Source: Candidatus Falkowbacteria bacterium
GTDB taxonomy: Bacteria; Patescibacteriota; Patescibacteriia; XYB2-FULL-38-15
Direction of reading: 5' to 3'
Assembly (NCBI GenBank): GCA_016214745.1
Contig: JACRNW010000001.1
Location: 67,150 to 131,149, forward strand
Length of the DNA stretch: 64,000 nucleotides
In this document: piece by piece, positions 48,962 to 57,877 of the stretch
Layout: each line of letters begins with the position of its first letter
How positions within the stretch are numbered: the first letter of the stretch is position 1
Notes under the pieces: generated by a model
Databases searched by the model: none
What the model saw: the letters and a program-made list of their open reading frames with translations, nothing else
Told to the model about the DNA's origin: nothing
Translations under genes and position numbers: made by a program

Positions 48962-49729
48962 ATGAAAATAACTAATCGCTTAATTCCCGTCATTACCCCA
49001 GCCCTCATCCTTGCCGGTTTGGAGTTATTTTTTTTGAAACCGCAATTCATTTATTTTATTTTTATTTTTTTAGTTTTGGTAATTATCGGCGCGACCTGGA
49101 AAATTATCGGCAAAGGCCTCATGAATATTGAAGCAAGATGGCTTTATCTTCTGACTCCCCTTTCTTTTCTTACGAGCGGCGTTTTTTTTCTTATGTTTTT
49201 GGAACGGCCATGGGCGAGACATCTTCTCGCTCTTTTCCTGGCGATTTTCTGCGGCGTCTTTCTGGAAAATATTTTTGTTTACATTTACGAACACGCAAAA
49301 TATCAAATCAACTCCTTAGAAAATGTTTCCAATTATCTGAACCTGGCTTCAATGTTTCTTTTTAACTCCAGTCTTTTCGGATTTTCAGTTTTTTTAAATA
49401 TCGCCCTCTGGAAATTATCCCTGATTTCTTTTGTTATTACTTTTGCTCTAACTTTTCAAACGATTTGGATAAATAAAATAAATATCCGGGCGGCACCCAT
49501 TCAAATTTCCGTGATTTGTCTCGTCCTCTTTGAACTTTTTTGGGCTGTTTCTTTCCTGCCGACTGCTTTTTACGTGAATGGCCTGATTATTGCTATTTCT
49601 TTCTATTTGATGAATAATTTAATGCGGCTGCACCTGCTCGATAGTCTAAATAAAAAAGTAATCCGTCGTTATTTTATTCTTTGCAGTTTAATTATTTTCC
49701 TTATACTTTTAACCGCCCAATGGGTTTAA
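48962..49729 (+). CDS. hypothetical polytopic membrane protein
   Basis: Six to eight hydrophobic helices. Confidence 0.4.
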   Translation: MKITNRLIPVITPALILAGLELFFLKPQFIYFIFIFLVLVIIGATWKIIGKGLMNIEARWLYLLTPLSFLTSGVFFLMFLERPWARHLLALFLAIFCGVFLENIFVYIYEHAKYQINSLENVSNYLNLASMFLFNSSLFGFSVFLNIALWKLSLISFVITFALTFQTIWINKINIRAAPIQISVICLVLFELFWAVSFLPTAFYVNGLIIAISFYLMNNLMRLHLLDSLNKKVIRRYFILCSLIIFLILLTAQWV

Positions 49730-49732
49730 AAT

Positions 49733-50848
49733 ATGGAAACAAAATATTCTTCCTTAAAAATTATTATCTTGACCGTCATTTTTGGTTTGGGAGCTGGAGT
49801 TGTCGGGCAGATGCTCGCCGCCGTTTATTTTTTACCTCAAGAAATTTTTATTTCAAGTGAAGAAAACCGCGTTAAACAAATAGCGATTCAGACGGCTGAA
49901 AATGAAAAAATCCTTGAAGCGGAGCGAGCTATTTCCCCCGCGGTTCTTGAAATATATCTTCAAAAACCAACTTCTCATGATCCGCAAAATCAAATATATC
50001 TTCAAAAAAATAGAGTGGCCCTGGGAACGGCTTTGACCTCGGACGGCTGGCTTGTAAGTTATGGCGCTAATCTCGCCGATCCAAAAAATAATTTTGTAAT
50101 TTTGACCGCGGATCAAAAAATATTTTCTCCTAAAAAAATTATTTTTGACGAGGCTACGGAAACTGTTTTTATAAAAATTGACGCGGAAAATTTGGCTGTA
50201 CCAAAGCTCGGCACAACAGAAAATTTATCTTTGGGTGAAAACGTTTTAATCCCGGAAAGCAAACAATCGTTTAAAACTTTTCAAATAGCCGATCTGGCTT
50301 ACGAAAAAGCCAACGAACCGCGGGATCTTTTAAAATCCTCTGAAAAATTTTATAAATTAATTTTACTTGATCAAAACGCCGATGCCGCGGAAATTGGAGC
50401 GCCTCTCGGAAATCTTTCGGGCGAAATAACGGGCCTCATCTCCGGCATTTCACCTGCCACTGTAATGCCAATTGATTTTTGGCGCAACGCCTTTTTGGAC
50501 GTACTGAAAGAAGAAAAAATAACCAGGTCCTTCCTCGGCGTACATTACATTAATTTATCGCGAGCTCCGGGAATTAGCGACGCGTTCAGCCAAGGTAAAA
50601 CTTCTGGTGCTCTAATTTGGAGCGACAAAAATTCAAAAACTTCCGGCGTCATCCGAAATAGCCCGGCGGCCGTCGCTCTCCTCCGAGACGGAGATATTAT
50701 TTTAAAAATAAACCGCGATGAGTTAAATCAAAAAATTGATCTCTCTGAAATAATTTCTGAATATTCGTCGGGTGAAAAAATCCAAATCACTTTCTCGCGG
50801 AACGGCGAAGAAAAAACTGCTGACGTGACGCTCGGTGAAAAATTGTAA
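49733..50848 (+). CDS. membrane-anchored trypsin-like/PDZ-domain protein (HtrA-like, possibly non-catalytic)
   Basis: N-terminal TM. The C-terminal ~90 aa look like a PDZ domain (GALIWSDKNSKTSGVIRNSPAAVALLRDGDIILKINRDELN). No clear GNSGGP motif. Confidence 0.4.
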   Translation: METKYSSLKIIILTVIFGLGAGVVGQMLAAVYFLPQEIFISSEENRVKQIAIQTAENEKILEAERAISPAVLEIYLQKPTSHDPQNQIYLQKNRVALGTALTSDGWLVSYGANLADPKNNFVILTADQKIFSPKKIIFDEATETVFIKIDAENLAVPKLGTTENLSLGENVLIPESKQSFKTFQIADLAYEKANEPRDLLKSSEKFYKLILLDQNADAAEIGAPLGNLSGEITGLISGISPATVMPIDFWRNAFLDVLKEEKITRSFLGVHYINLSRAPGISDAFSQGKTSGALIWSDKNSKTSGVIRNSPAAVALLRDGDIILKINRDELNQKIDLSEIISEYSSGEKIQITFSRNGEEKTADVTLGEKL

Positions 50849-50916
50849 AATGAAATAAAAAAGAGTATAATAAAAATAGTCAATTTCCAATCGTTAACGT
50901 TATTAACGTCATCTCT

Positions 50917-51654
50917 ATGCCTACAAGTTATGTAAAAATTTTAAAAAATGAATGGCGCACAATTTTTTTCATTACCGGCGGAGCTTTGGCGTTAGCTTTA
51001 ATTTTAAGTTTAATCCAGCCATTCCAATACAGCGCCAAAACAAGAATGCTCGTGATCCCTTCCGGCGGCGGGCTTGATGCTTACAGCGCCCTGAAGTCGG
51101 CGGAAGCAATCGGTGAAAATATCGCCCAAGTAATTTACACTACTTCTTTTTTTGACAAAGTTATCCAGGACAATTCAAGTATCCAAAATATCTGGAGTAC
51201 TGATGAAACAAAAAAAAGAAAACAATGGGAAAAAATGATTAAAGCCGAAGTGCTTTATGGGACGGGCATGATTGACATCACGGTCTATCACAAAGACAAA
51301 GCTCAAGCAACTATGCTTGCCTCAACCATTGCCAACGTCTTGTCAAAGGAAGGCCGTAATTATTTTGGTATGCCGGGGCTTCAAATTATCATGGTTTCTT
51401 CGCCCCTACTTTCCAAATACCCGGTTAAGCCAAACATCCTTTTGAATATCTTTATGGGCCTGCTCCTCGGACTTTTAGGCGGCATAACTTTCGCCATTCT
51501 CACTTTTCATCCGGCTATGCGGGGAGAAGCTCCTCCGAGACCGATAAAAGTGGCTGAACCTCCAATGCATTTTCGACCCGAAGAAAAAGAGGAAAGAAAA
51601 ATAAGTGAGGAGCGGGAAATTATCAGCATGCACAACCATTATAATAAACATTAA
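50917..51654 (+). CDS. Wzz/YveK-like polysaccharide chain-length determinant N-terminal domain protein
   Basis: Two TM helices bracket a periplasmic-type domain (...QPFQYSAKTRMLV...). Confidence 0.4.
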   Translation: MPTSYVKILKNEWRTIFFITGGALALALILSLIQPFQYSAKTRMLVIPSGGGLDAYSALKSAEAIGENIAQVIYTTSFFDKVIQDNSSIQNIWSTDETKKRKQWEKMIKAEVLYGTGMIDITVYHKDKAQATMLASTIANVLSKEGRNYFGMPGLQIIMVSSPLLSKYPVKPNILLNIFMGLLLGLLGGITFAILTFHPAMRGEAPPRPIKVAEPPMHFRPEEKEERKISEEREIISMHNHYNKH

Positions 51655-51690
51655 AATTAAAAATAAATAAAATTTTCAATTTTAAAAACT

Positions 51691-51732
51691 CTGTCAACCT
51701 CCCTTGACAGATTTTTTATTTTGTGGTATAGT
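51691..51732 (+). promoter_or_regulatory. near-consensus sigma-70 promoter (TTGACA-17-TGgTATAGT) overlapping the perfect palindrome CTGTCAAcctcccTTGACAG
   Basis: -35 at 51704-51709, extended -10 at 51724-51732. The 7-bp inverted repeat arms span 51691-51710. Confidence 0.55.
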
Positions 51733-52265
51733 TAAATGTCTGATAAAAATAGTTCGTTTTAAACTAAAGGCAAATTGCGTTTTTCCGCTTGAATAAAGGC
51801 CTTTATAGATCCCCGAAGCTGTTTGGCTTGGCAAATTTTAGTGGTAATTGGCTTATATTGAGAAGCCAGATTTACCCTCGTTCTTTATCAATCACCAGGC
51901 CAAACGACTCTGGGGTTCTATGGCAGTACTTTTGCGGCGAACCACAGTTTAAAGAGTAAAAGTTATAAAAAAGTTGAAATGATAGAGAGTGCTTTCTACA
52001 TTAGTCCACTTCTCTTAAACTGCGGTTTCCTGCAAAGGATGGTACTTTGACAAATTGAATAACAACGGGCTTTAGCTCTCCGCCGACGAAGCGGATTGAT
52101 GCGCGCCTGATGAAATAGAGGGATAAAATCCTCTTTCTCAGGCTTAGGCCTGTTGACGATATATAAAACAAAACCCCCGGAGCGTGGTTGTTCCGGAGGT
52201 TACAAGTTTGGACACCATAACCGGCTTCGCGAGACGCGGGGCCAACGAAGGGAAGGAGTTCCTAG

Positions 52266-53090
52266 ATGACGAAGACCTTCGCGACGATGTTCGTGTTCGC
52301 GATGCTCTGCGTCCCGGCGATCGCCGAGGCGCAGCAGCAACTGGCCGATGGCGAGGCGCGTGCGCTCGTTTGCGGACCCGGAGAAATCCAGGTCTGCACC
52401 GAGACGCAGGCCGACGGCTCGGCTCCCCGGGTCATGTACCTGAGGGGAAGCCCGGTCATCGACTGCGTAGTTCGTTCCGAGACCGGAATCCAGCTCGAAT
52501 GTGTGAAATGGGAAGACGCCTGCAAGCGGGAATCCTGCGACAGGCGCGGCGGAAACTGGCACTGGGATGAGAGCTCGTGTCACTGCGACTACGAACGGCC
52601 GAGGGAAAGCCCTCCGCCGTCCGCGCCGCCAGCTCAGCCTCCGGGCCCGACGACGCCTCCGGTTCAACCCGGCCCGACGCCGACCTGCCCGGACTGCAAC
52701 GTGAGCCTCACGGTCTGTCCGAACGAGGAGATCGCGAGACTCGCGAACGAGCTTGCGCCTCTGGCGCAGGTCGCTCCCGAGACCTGGATCGTCCGGTCCG
52801 ACACGGATGAACTGAGGACGCGAGTCCTCTACATCCGCGATCGGGCGGCGGTGTGCGGCGAAGATAGAATCTTCGTCGACGCCGAGCGAGTACTGGCGGC
52901 AATGACGCCGCCGGAACCGAGTACGCTCCCATCGGGACCGCCGATGTCGAGCTACGAGGACGAGGAGAACTTCTGCACCAATTCGTTCGGCGGCGTACTG
53001 GTGTGCATCGTGCTGCCGACCGTGGCGGCCGGTGCCGCCATCTTCCTCGGTGTCTGGTTTGGCACCGAGTGGGAAGCGACCCAGGAGTAG
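52266..53090 (+). CDS. secreted Cys-containing Pro-rich protein with a C-terminal TM anchor
   Basis: GGAAGGAG RBS. Signal peptide MTKTFATMFVFAMLCVPAIAEA. PPPSAPPAQPPGPTTPPVQPGPTP linker. C-terminal TM helix. Confidence 0.55.
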   Translation: MTKTFATMFVFAMLCVPAIAEAQQQLADGEARALVCGPGEIQVCTETQADGSAPRVMYLRGSPVIDCVVRSETGIQLECVKWEDACKRESCDRRGGNWHWDESSCHCDYERPRESPPPSAPPAQPPGPTTPPVQPGPTPTCPDCNVSLTVCPNEEIARLANELAPLAQVAPETWIVRSDTDELRTRVLYIRDRAAVCGEDRIFVDAERVLAAMTPPEPSTLPSGPPMSSYEDEENFCTNSFGGVLVCIVLPTVAAGAAIFLGVWFGTEWEATQE

Positions 53091-53172
53091 TGTTCGTCAA
53101 CCCGGGGTCGGCGAGGCGGAAGCCCGTCGACCCCACAGAAGCTTCTGCCCCGAGAGGGCAGGGAGGGATGAG

Positions 53173-54183
53173 ATGAAGAACGTGAACCTGTTCGGGCTGT
53201 TCGTGTGCGTGATGGTGCTGGCGTCCTGTCAGGACGTCCAGCTCCCCGATCCGATCCACGTGTGTGAGGACAGCAACAACGACGACGTTTGCGACGGCGA
53301 CCAGGACGGCGATTCCGTCCCCTGGCAGTACGACAACTGCCCGCGGGCCGACAACCCCGACCAGGCCGACTGCGACGGCGACGGGATCGGCGACGCCTGC
53401 GACGACTTCGACAACCGGGATGCCGGCGCCGATGCGGACGCGGATGCGGATGCGGATGCGGATGCGGACGACTACGAGGGCGACGAGCCCGGCGAGTGTA
53501 CGGACGACGCGGACAACGACCGCGATGGTCGCTTCGACTGCGACGACCCGGGCTGCGTGAGCGATCCGGCGTGCGTCGCGGCTCCGTTCTGCGGCGATCA
53601 CGCCTGCAACGACAGCGAGACCTGCGCGAGCTGCCCGGCCGACTGCGGCATCTGCTCGGCAACCTGCGGCGACTGGGTATGCAACGGTTCCGAGACGTGC
53701 GCGACCTGCGCTCACGACTGCGGCACCTGCCCGGCGCCGATCTGCGGTGACGGCATGTGCAACGGCACCGAAACCTGCGAGACGTGCGCGTCCGACTGCA
53801 CCGGTTGCGCCGGCGACATCTTCGTCACGATCCGCGTGACCTCGTCTGACGCCTACCCCGCCGAAATTCATGTCTACTTCGCCGCTGATCCCCGGGATGT
53901 GGATGGCACCGACTCGGGCATGGCTCCCTACCAGACCAGTTTGACCCAGGCTCAGGCCTGCGGCCGAGTGGAAGGGGTGGAGGTCAGCGCCCGTCAGTTC
54001 TCGACGGCCGACCGCCCGTGGTACGGAACGCTCGGGATCCTAGGTCGTCTGACGATCCAGGTGAACGGCGTCGCCTACCCGGATGCGGCTGCTGGTCGTG
54101 CGGCTCTGCCGCTGATCGACCAGCCGTGGGGCGACCCCAACATCCATATCTCCCGGGCAGTTCTCCACTGCCCCGGTTCGTAG
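53173..54183 (+). CDS. lipoprotein with thrombospondin type-3 Ca-binding repeats and four CGDxxCNGxETCxxCxxDCGxC Cys-rich repeats
   Basis: Start MKNVNLFGLFVCVMVLASC (LASC lipobox). DGDQDGDSVPWQYDNCPRADNPDQADCDGDGIGDACD is a TSP3 repeat. Contains a (DA)n tract. Confidence 0.62.
   Translation: MKNVNLFGLFVCVMVLASCQDVQLPDPIHVCEDSNNDDVCDGDQDGDSVPWQYDNCPRADNPDQADCDGDGIGDACDDFDNRDAGADADADADADADADDYEGDEPGECTDDADNDRDGRFDCDDPGCVSDPACVAAPFCGDHACNDSETCASCPADCGICSATCGDWVCNGSETCATCAHDCGTCPAPICGDGMCNGTETCETCASDCTGCAGDIFVTIRVTSSDAYPAEIHVYFAADPRDVDGTDSGMAPYQTSLTQAQACGRVEGVEVSARQFSTADRPWYGTLGILGRLTIQVNGVAYPDAAAGRAALPLIDQPWGDPNIHISRAVLHCPGS
53431..53472. repeat. hexanucleotide microsatellite (GATGCG/GACGCG)x7 encoding (DA)n
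   Basis: gatgcggacgcggatgcggatgcggatgcggatgcggacgac. Confidence 0.85.
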
Positions 54184-54295
54184 ACCAACCAACAACTTAC
54201 CTGTTTAGTCCCTTGTCCCGACGCAAGTCGGAACAATAACAGGCAAGTCCAACAACCACAGACGCGACCTAGGGCGGTTGCGACTGCTTCGACAA

Positions 54296-54333
54296 GGCCA
54301 GCTTTCCTCCGGATTGCTGGCCTTCTTTTTTTA
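54296..54333 (+). terminator. rho-independent terminator
   Basis: GGCCAGCtttcctccggattGCTGGCC then TTCTTTTTTTATT. Confidence 0.6.
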
Positions 54334-54452
54334 TTATCAAGCGAGTGAGACCCCGGCAAGGCGGGACGAGCGAGCGCAGATAACACGGAGTATTTAAAAG
54401 TAATATTTTTAATTTAATCTCGTTTTAATACAAACTGGCCAAAACCAGTGTT

Positions 54453-54494
54453 TTGTCACACAACCTTGACAAATCCGGCATTCCGTTGTAATCT
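54453..54494 (+). promoter_or_regulatory. sigma-70-type promoter (TTGACA-17-TAATCT) overlapping the palindrome TTGTCAcacaaccTTGACAA
   Basis: -35 at 54466-54471. A second hairpin CTGGccaaaaCCAG sits just upstream. Confidence 0.45.
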
Positions 54495-54592
54495 ATAATG
54501 TTAGTTCATTGAACAACCCTTGCCGCAAGGCGAGGTAAAAATATAGTAAGTAGTTCACCTAAACTAAACATGCCGTCAAGGAGGGAAACAAG

Positions 54593-56311
54593 ATGGCAGA
54601 GAAGAAGAGTGGTGGCCTGCACTCTCCGATCGACGGCCGGCTAATCGCCGGGCGTTACAAGGTCGTAGATCCCGAACCTATCGGCCGGGGCGGCATGGGT
54701 CTCGTCTATCGCGGTTTCGACATCCGCACGAAGAGATCCGTTGCCATCAAGATTCTGCACGAGCAGTTCCACGGTATGCCCGACGTGGTTGCTCGGTTCC
54801 GCACGGAAACCGATGCGGTGAACCGTGTCGGCCACGAAGGCATTGTTGTCATCCTGGACTGTGCCCAGCCGGAAGAAACTCCGGTCTTCTTCGTCATGGA
54901 GTACCTGGACGGGAAAACGCTCGCCCAAGTGCTCGACGAGAATGGCCAGAGAGGCAAGCCGCTTCACGTCCAGCACATCCGCTACATCGGCTTGAAGCTT
55001 CTCGAGACGCTGGAAGCGGTCCACGAAAGCGGAATTATCCATCGCGACCTGAAGCCGGAAAACGTCTTCATCCTCGGGCTGCTAAGCAAGCGATATCGCG
55101 TCAAGCTTCTCGACTTCGGGATCGCGAAGTTCAAGGAAGCCGATCCCAAGCTGACTCAGGTGGGCACGATAGTGGGCACGCCCCTTTACATGTCACCTGA
55201 ACAGTGTCGGGGCCTCCCCGTCGACTACCGAACCGACCTCTACGCGATCGGCTGCATCCTCTACGAGATGGCAACCGGCCGACCGCCTTTCGTGGGCGAC
55301 CTGAGCGAAGTCCAACAGGGTCACCTCTCTCGTCTCCCGGAAGCTCCGAACGATCTGAACGGGGAAATCCCTCCGGCGCTCAACGCGGTCATCATGACGG
55401 CACTAGCTAAGGAACCGGACAACCGATTCCGCGACGCCGAAACCATGCGCGAAGCGCTCGAAGACGCCGTCCCCGAGGACAAGATGTTCTGGCGGGACAG
55501 CCGGCCGCCTTCGCCGGTGAACGGCAGCAGGGTGCTCGCCACTCCGCCGCGCATTCCAACCGCGATGGAGGATCAGCCAACGTCAGAGCGGCTCGACTCG
55601 TCTAAAACCCCGACTCGTCTGCTCGCTGACAAGCGGCCGCCGGCCGGGATCGCCTTGGCGAAAACCATGACTCCGGCTGACCTGAAACGGGCAGTTGATG
55701 AGGAGACGGCGCACCAGTTCGCCAAGAACTTCGGCGTCTGGATCCTGAAGCCCTCGAGTCGGGCGGCAGTGATCGCGATCGGCAGTACCCTCCTCATCCT
55801 CACCATCGTGTTCGTTCTTCTCGCGGCTTACCCGCCCAACACCGGCAAGCGCGCAAGAACGGCCGACGCTGGCGTCGAGGTCAGCACGACGGCGGTTGTC
55901 GTTTCCGAGAAGGAAACTCCTCCGCAGCCGAGCGGCCAGCCCGACGTCATCGTCCTGCCAGTTCCGGTTCCAGTTCCTCGGGACGACGCGACAACCGACG
56001 AGCCGAACGAAGTCGTCGAGATGGACGCAGTAGAAACTGCGGCCAACGCTGGCCCACCGGACGGCTACGCCGAACTACTCGCGGCGGCGGAACACGCCAG
56101 GAACTGGCGCACGGCCGTCGGAAGACTCGAGGAGGCAACAGAACTCTGGCCTGAAGGACCAGATGCCTGGAAAGAACTGGGCAACGTCTTCATGATGCAT
56201 GGGGAAATTCGGAAGGCCAGAGAAGCCTTCCGGACATGCCTCGACCTTCTGCCTCCGGACGCGTTCGTCCAGCGGGCACAAGTGGAGGGACGACTCAGGG
56301 GCCTGCAATAG
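54593..56311 (+). CDS. Hanks-type serine/threonine protein kinase with a C-terminal TM segment and a TPR-like tail
   Basis: GGAGGG RBS. GRGGMGLVYRG (P-loop), VAIK, HRDLKPENVFI, DFGIAKF, GTPLYMSPEQ. A TM helix near residue 400. Confidence 0.85.
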   Translation: MAEKKSGGLHSPIDGRLIAGRYKVVDPEPIGRGGMGLVYRGFDIRTKRSVAIKILHEQFHGMPDVVARFRTETDAVNRVGHEGIVVILDCAQPEETPVFFVMEYLDGKTLAQVLDENGQRGKPLHVQHIRYIGLKLLETLEAVHESGIIHRDLKPENVFILGLLSKRYRVKLLDFGIAKFKEADPKLTQVGTIVGTPLYMSPEQCRGLPVDYRTDLYAIGCILYEMATGRPPFVGDLSEVQQGHLSRLPEAPNDLNGEIPPALNAVIMTALAKEPDNRFRDAETMREALEDAVPEDKMFWRDSRPPSPVNGSRVLATPPRIPTAMEDQPTSERLDSSKTPTRLLADKRPPAGIALAKTMTPADLKRAVDEETAHQFAKNFGVWILKPSSRAAVIAIGSTLLILTIVFVLLAAYPPNTGKRARTADAGVEVSTTAVVVSEKETPPQPSGQPDVIVLPVPVPVPRDDATTDEPNEVVEMDAVETAANAGPPDGYAELLAAAEHARNWRTAVGRLEEATELWPEGPDAWKELGNVFMMHGEIRKAREAFRTCLDLLPPDAFVQRAQVEGRLRGLQ

Positions 56312-56316
56312 GCCCT

Positions 56317-56368
56317 GGGGCAACCACGCAAGATGTCAAACATCAAGCGTGGCTGCCCCTCTTTTTTA
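56317..56368 (+). terminator. rho-independent terminator
   Basis: GGGGCAaccacgcaagatgtcaaacatcaagcgtggcTGCCCC then TCTTTTTTATTTT. Confidence 0.6.
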
Positions 56369-56383
56369 TTTTATAAAAAAACC

Positions 56384-56412
56384 TTGACAAAAAAATACTT
56401 TTGTGGTTAGAT
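56384..56412 (+). promoter_or_regulatory. putative promoter (CCTTGACA-17-TTAGAT)
   Basis: -35 TTGACA at 56384-56389. The -10 is weak. Confidence 0.35.
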
Positions 56413-56474
56413 ATAAAGTGCTCTAAATGGGCGCAAGGGGGAGGCACGGGGCCTCCCTTAGATTTTAGGAGGGA

Positions 56475-57563
56475 ATGGAGATGAGGTTCATCACCCTGAT
56501 CGTGGCGGTTCTTTTCGCCCAGAACGCGTTTGCCCAGACGTCGGAGTCGACCGAGCAGACGGAGCAGTCCGCTGCGCCGGTCATCCTCGGCGAAGCCGGC
56601 AACGCGGCTCTCACGAGCTGCCTCGAAGCGGACGACGGGACCCAGTGCTGCACCGACTACGGCGACTGCGTGCAGAATTTGGGAGACAACTCCGAGCAGT
56701 GCGCTGCGGTCGCCCGACTGTGCGGGCACCAGGATCTCGACGCCGCCATGCGGGAAGGCTGCCAGCAGCGGAACGCGATCGTACAGGGCAGCGAATGCGC
56801 CTGCGCCGCGGGCTTGAGCTGGAACAACGAAAGCGACAAGGTTTGCTGCACAGCAAACCCCGCCACCTACGAACGCCGGCGAAACGCCTGCGAGCATTCC
56901 GGCGGAACCTACCACTGCAACAGCCGGGGCGGATGGTGCGGCTGCCCACTCGGCATGAGCCACCCGATCGAAGAGGATGGCGATGTCGACTACTCCTCCT
57001 GCACCGGCGAAGCGGTGAACCGCGAACGGCTCCAGGCGATGCGAGACAACATCGCGACTCTTACTGCCGAGGTCGAGGAAGCCGGACAACAGATCGCCGC
57101 CCTCCAAGCCGAGCGTGACGCCCTTCGAGCGCAGCTCGACCAGACTCTCAGTCAGCTGGCCGAGCTGGACAACCTCGAGGACACGGTCGGCGAGATGGAA
57201 CAACGGCTCGCCGAGATGGATGCCGAACTCTCGTTCTTGCGTCACCTGCGCGACCAGTACGAGGAATTCATCGCTCGGCAGGCGCAGACGATCGCCGATC
57301 TTGGCGGAATTCCTCCTCTCCCTCCGGGCATTCCGGAAGAGGATGAACCCCTCCCGGGAACAGCGGCGGCGGTCGCGGAAGCGGCAGGCGGAAGCCGGCC
57401 CGGACCGATGGAGCCACTACCCCCTCCCGAAGAGGAAGAGGGCAACTGGTGCTCCGAAAACGGCTGGGCATGCGCCGGTATCATCATCGGCGCAGCAGCC
57501 GCATTGGCCGGGGCAACCGTCGGGATCGTGGAGGCGACCCGCGACATTCAGGTCACTCAGTAG
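56475..57563 (+). CDS. secreted Cys-rich protein with a long coiled coil and a C-terminal TM anchor
   Basis: Signal peptide MEMRFITLIVAVLFAQNAFA. 16 Cys in the N-terminal domain. Heptad-like region LQAMRDNIATLTAEVEEAGQQIAALQAERDALRAQLDQ... C-terminal GIIIGAAAALAGATVGIV. Confidence 0.55.
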   Translation: MEMRFITLIVAVLFAQNAFAQTSESTEQTEQSAAPVILGEAGNAALTSCLEADDGTQCCTDYGDCVQNLGDNSEQCAAVARLCGHQDLDAAMREGCQQRNAIVQGSECACAAGLSWNNESDKVCCTANPATYERRRNACEHSGGTYHCNSRGGWCGCPLGMSHPIEEDGDVDYSSCTGEAVNRERLQAMRDNIATLTAEVEEAGQQIAALQAERDALRAQLDQTLSQLAELDNLEDTVGEMEQRLAEMDAELSFLRHLRDQYEEFIARQAQTIADLGGIPPLPPGIPEEDEPLPGTAAAVAEAAGGSRPGPMEPLPPPEEEEGNWCSENGWACAGIIIGAAAALAGATVGIVEATRDIQVTQ

Positions 57564-57592
57564 TTCTCGGGATTTCCTCCACCCGAGGACCA

Positions 57593-57641
57593 GGCCGACG
57601 TTTTGAGACAATCGTGTCTCGGACGTCGGCCTTTTTTTATC
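57593..57641 (+). terminator. rho-independent terminator
   Basis: GGCCGACGttttgagacaatcgtgtctcggaCGTCGGCC then TTTTTTTT. Confidence 0.65.
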
Positions 57642-57642
57642 T

Positions 57643-57684
57643 GTCAACTCCCCTTGACAAAACTTAAAAAATATGGTATATTTA
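57643..57684 (+). promoter_or_regulatory. sigma-70-type promoter (TTGACA-17-TATATT) overlapping the palindrome CTGTCAActccccTTGACAa
   Basis: -35 at 57656-57661, -10 at 57679-57684. The element closely matches the 51691 element. Confidence 0.5.
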
Positions 57685-57877
57685 CTTGTTCTGAAACGAA
57701 TGGAAAACAGTATCTACATAAACAAAATTGGATCCTGTAGTAGTTTGGTTTGATACCTGGGTTGCCTCCTCCTCAACCTCTTGGTTTTCAAATCAAACTA
57801 CTCAAGGACCCAACAAAATTGGTCCAAGCAACTCGGGATGGGTCCCGGGTTGAGAGAGTTTGGAAAGGAAAGCGCTG

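Noticed and set aside
52200-53871. Minus-strand ORFs (155, 387 and 236 aa) and many Arg-rich ORFs across island 2
   Set aside because: They are antisense or out-of-frame shadows of the plus-strand genes. Their Arg/Pro/Gly-rich translations carry no motifs, and the plus-strand genes have RBSs, signal peptides and recognisable domains.
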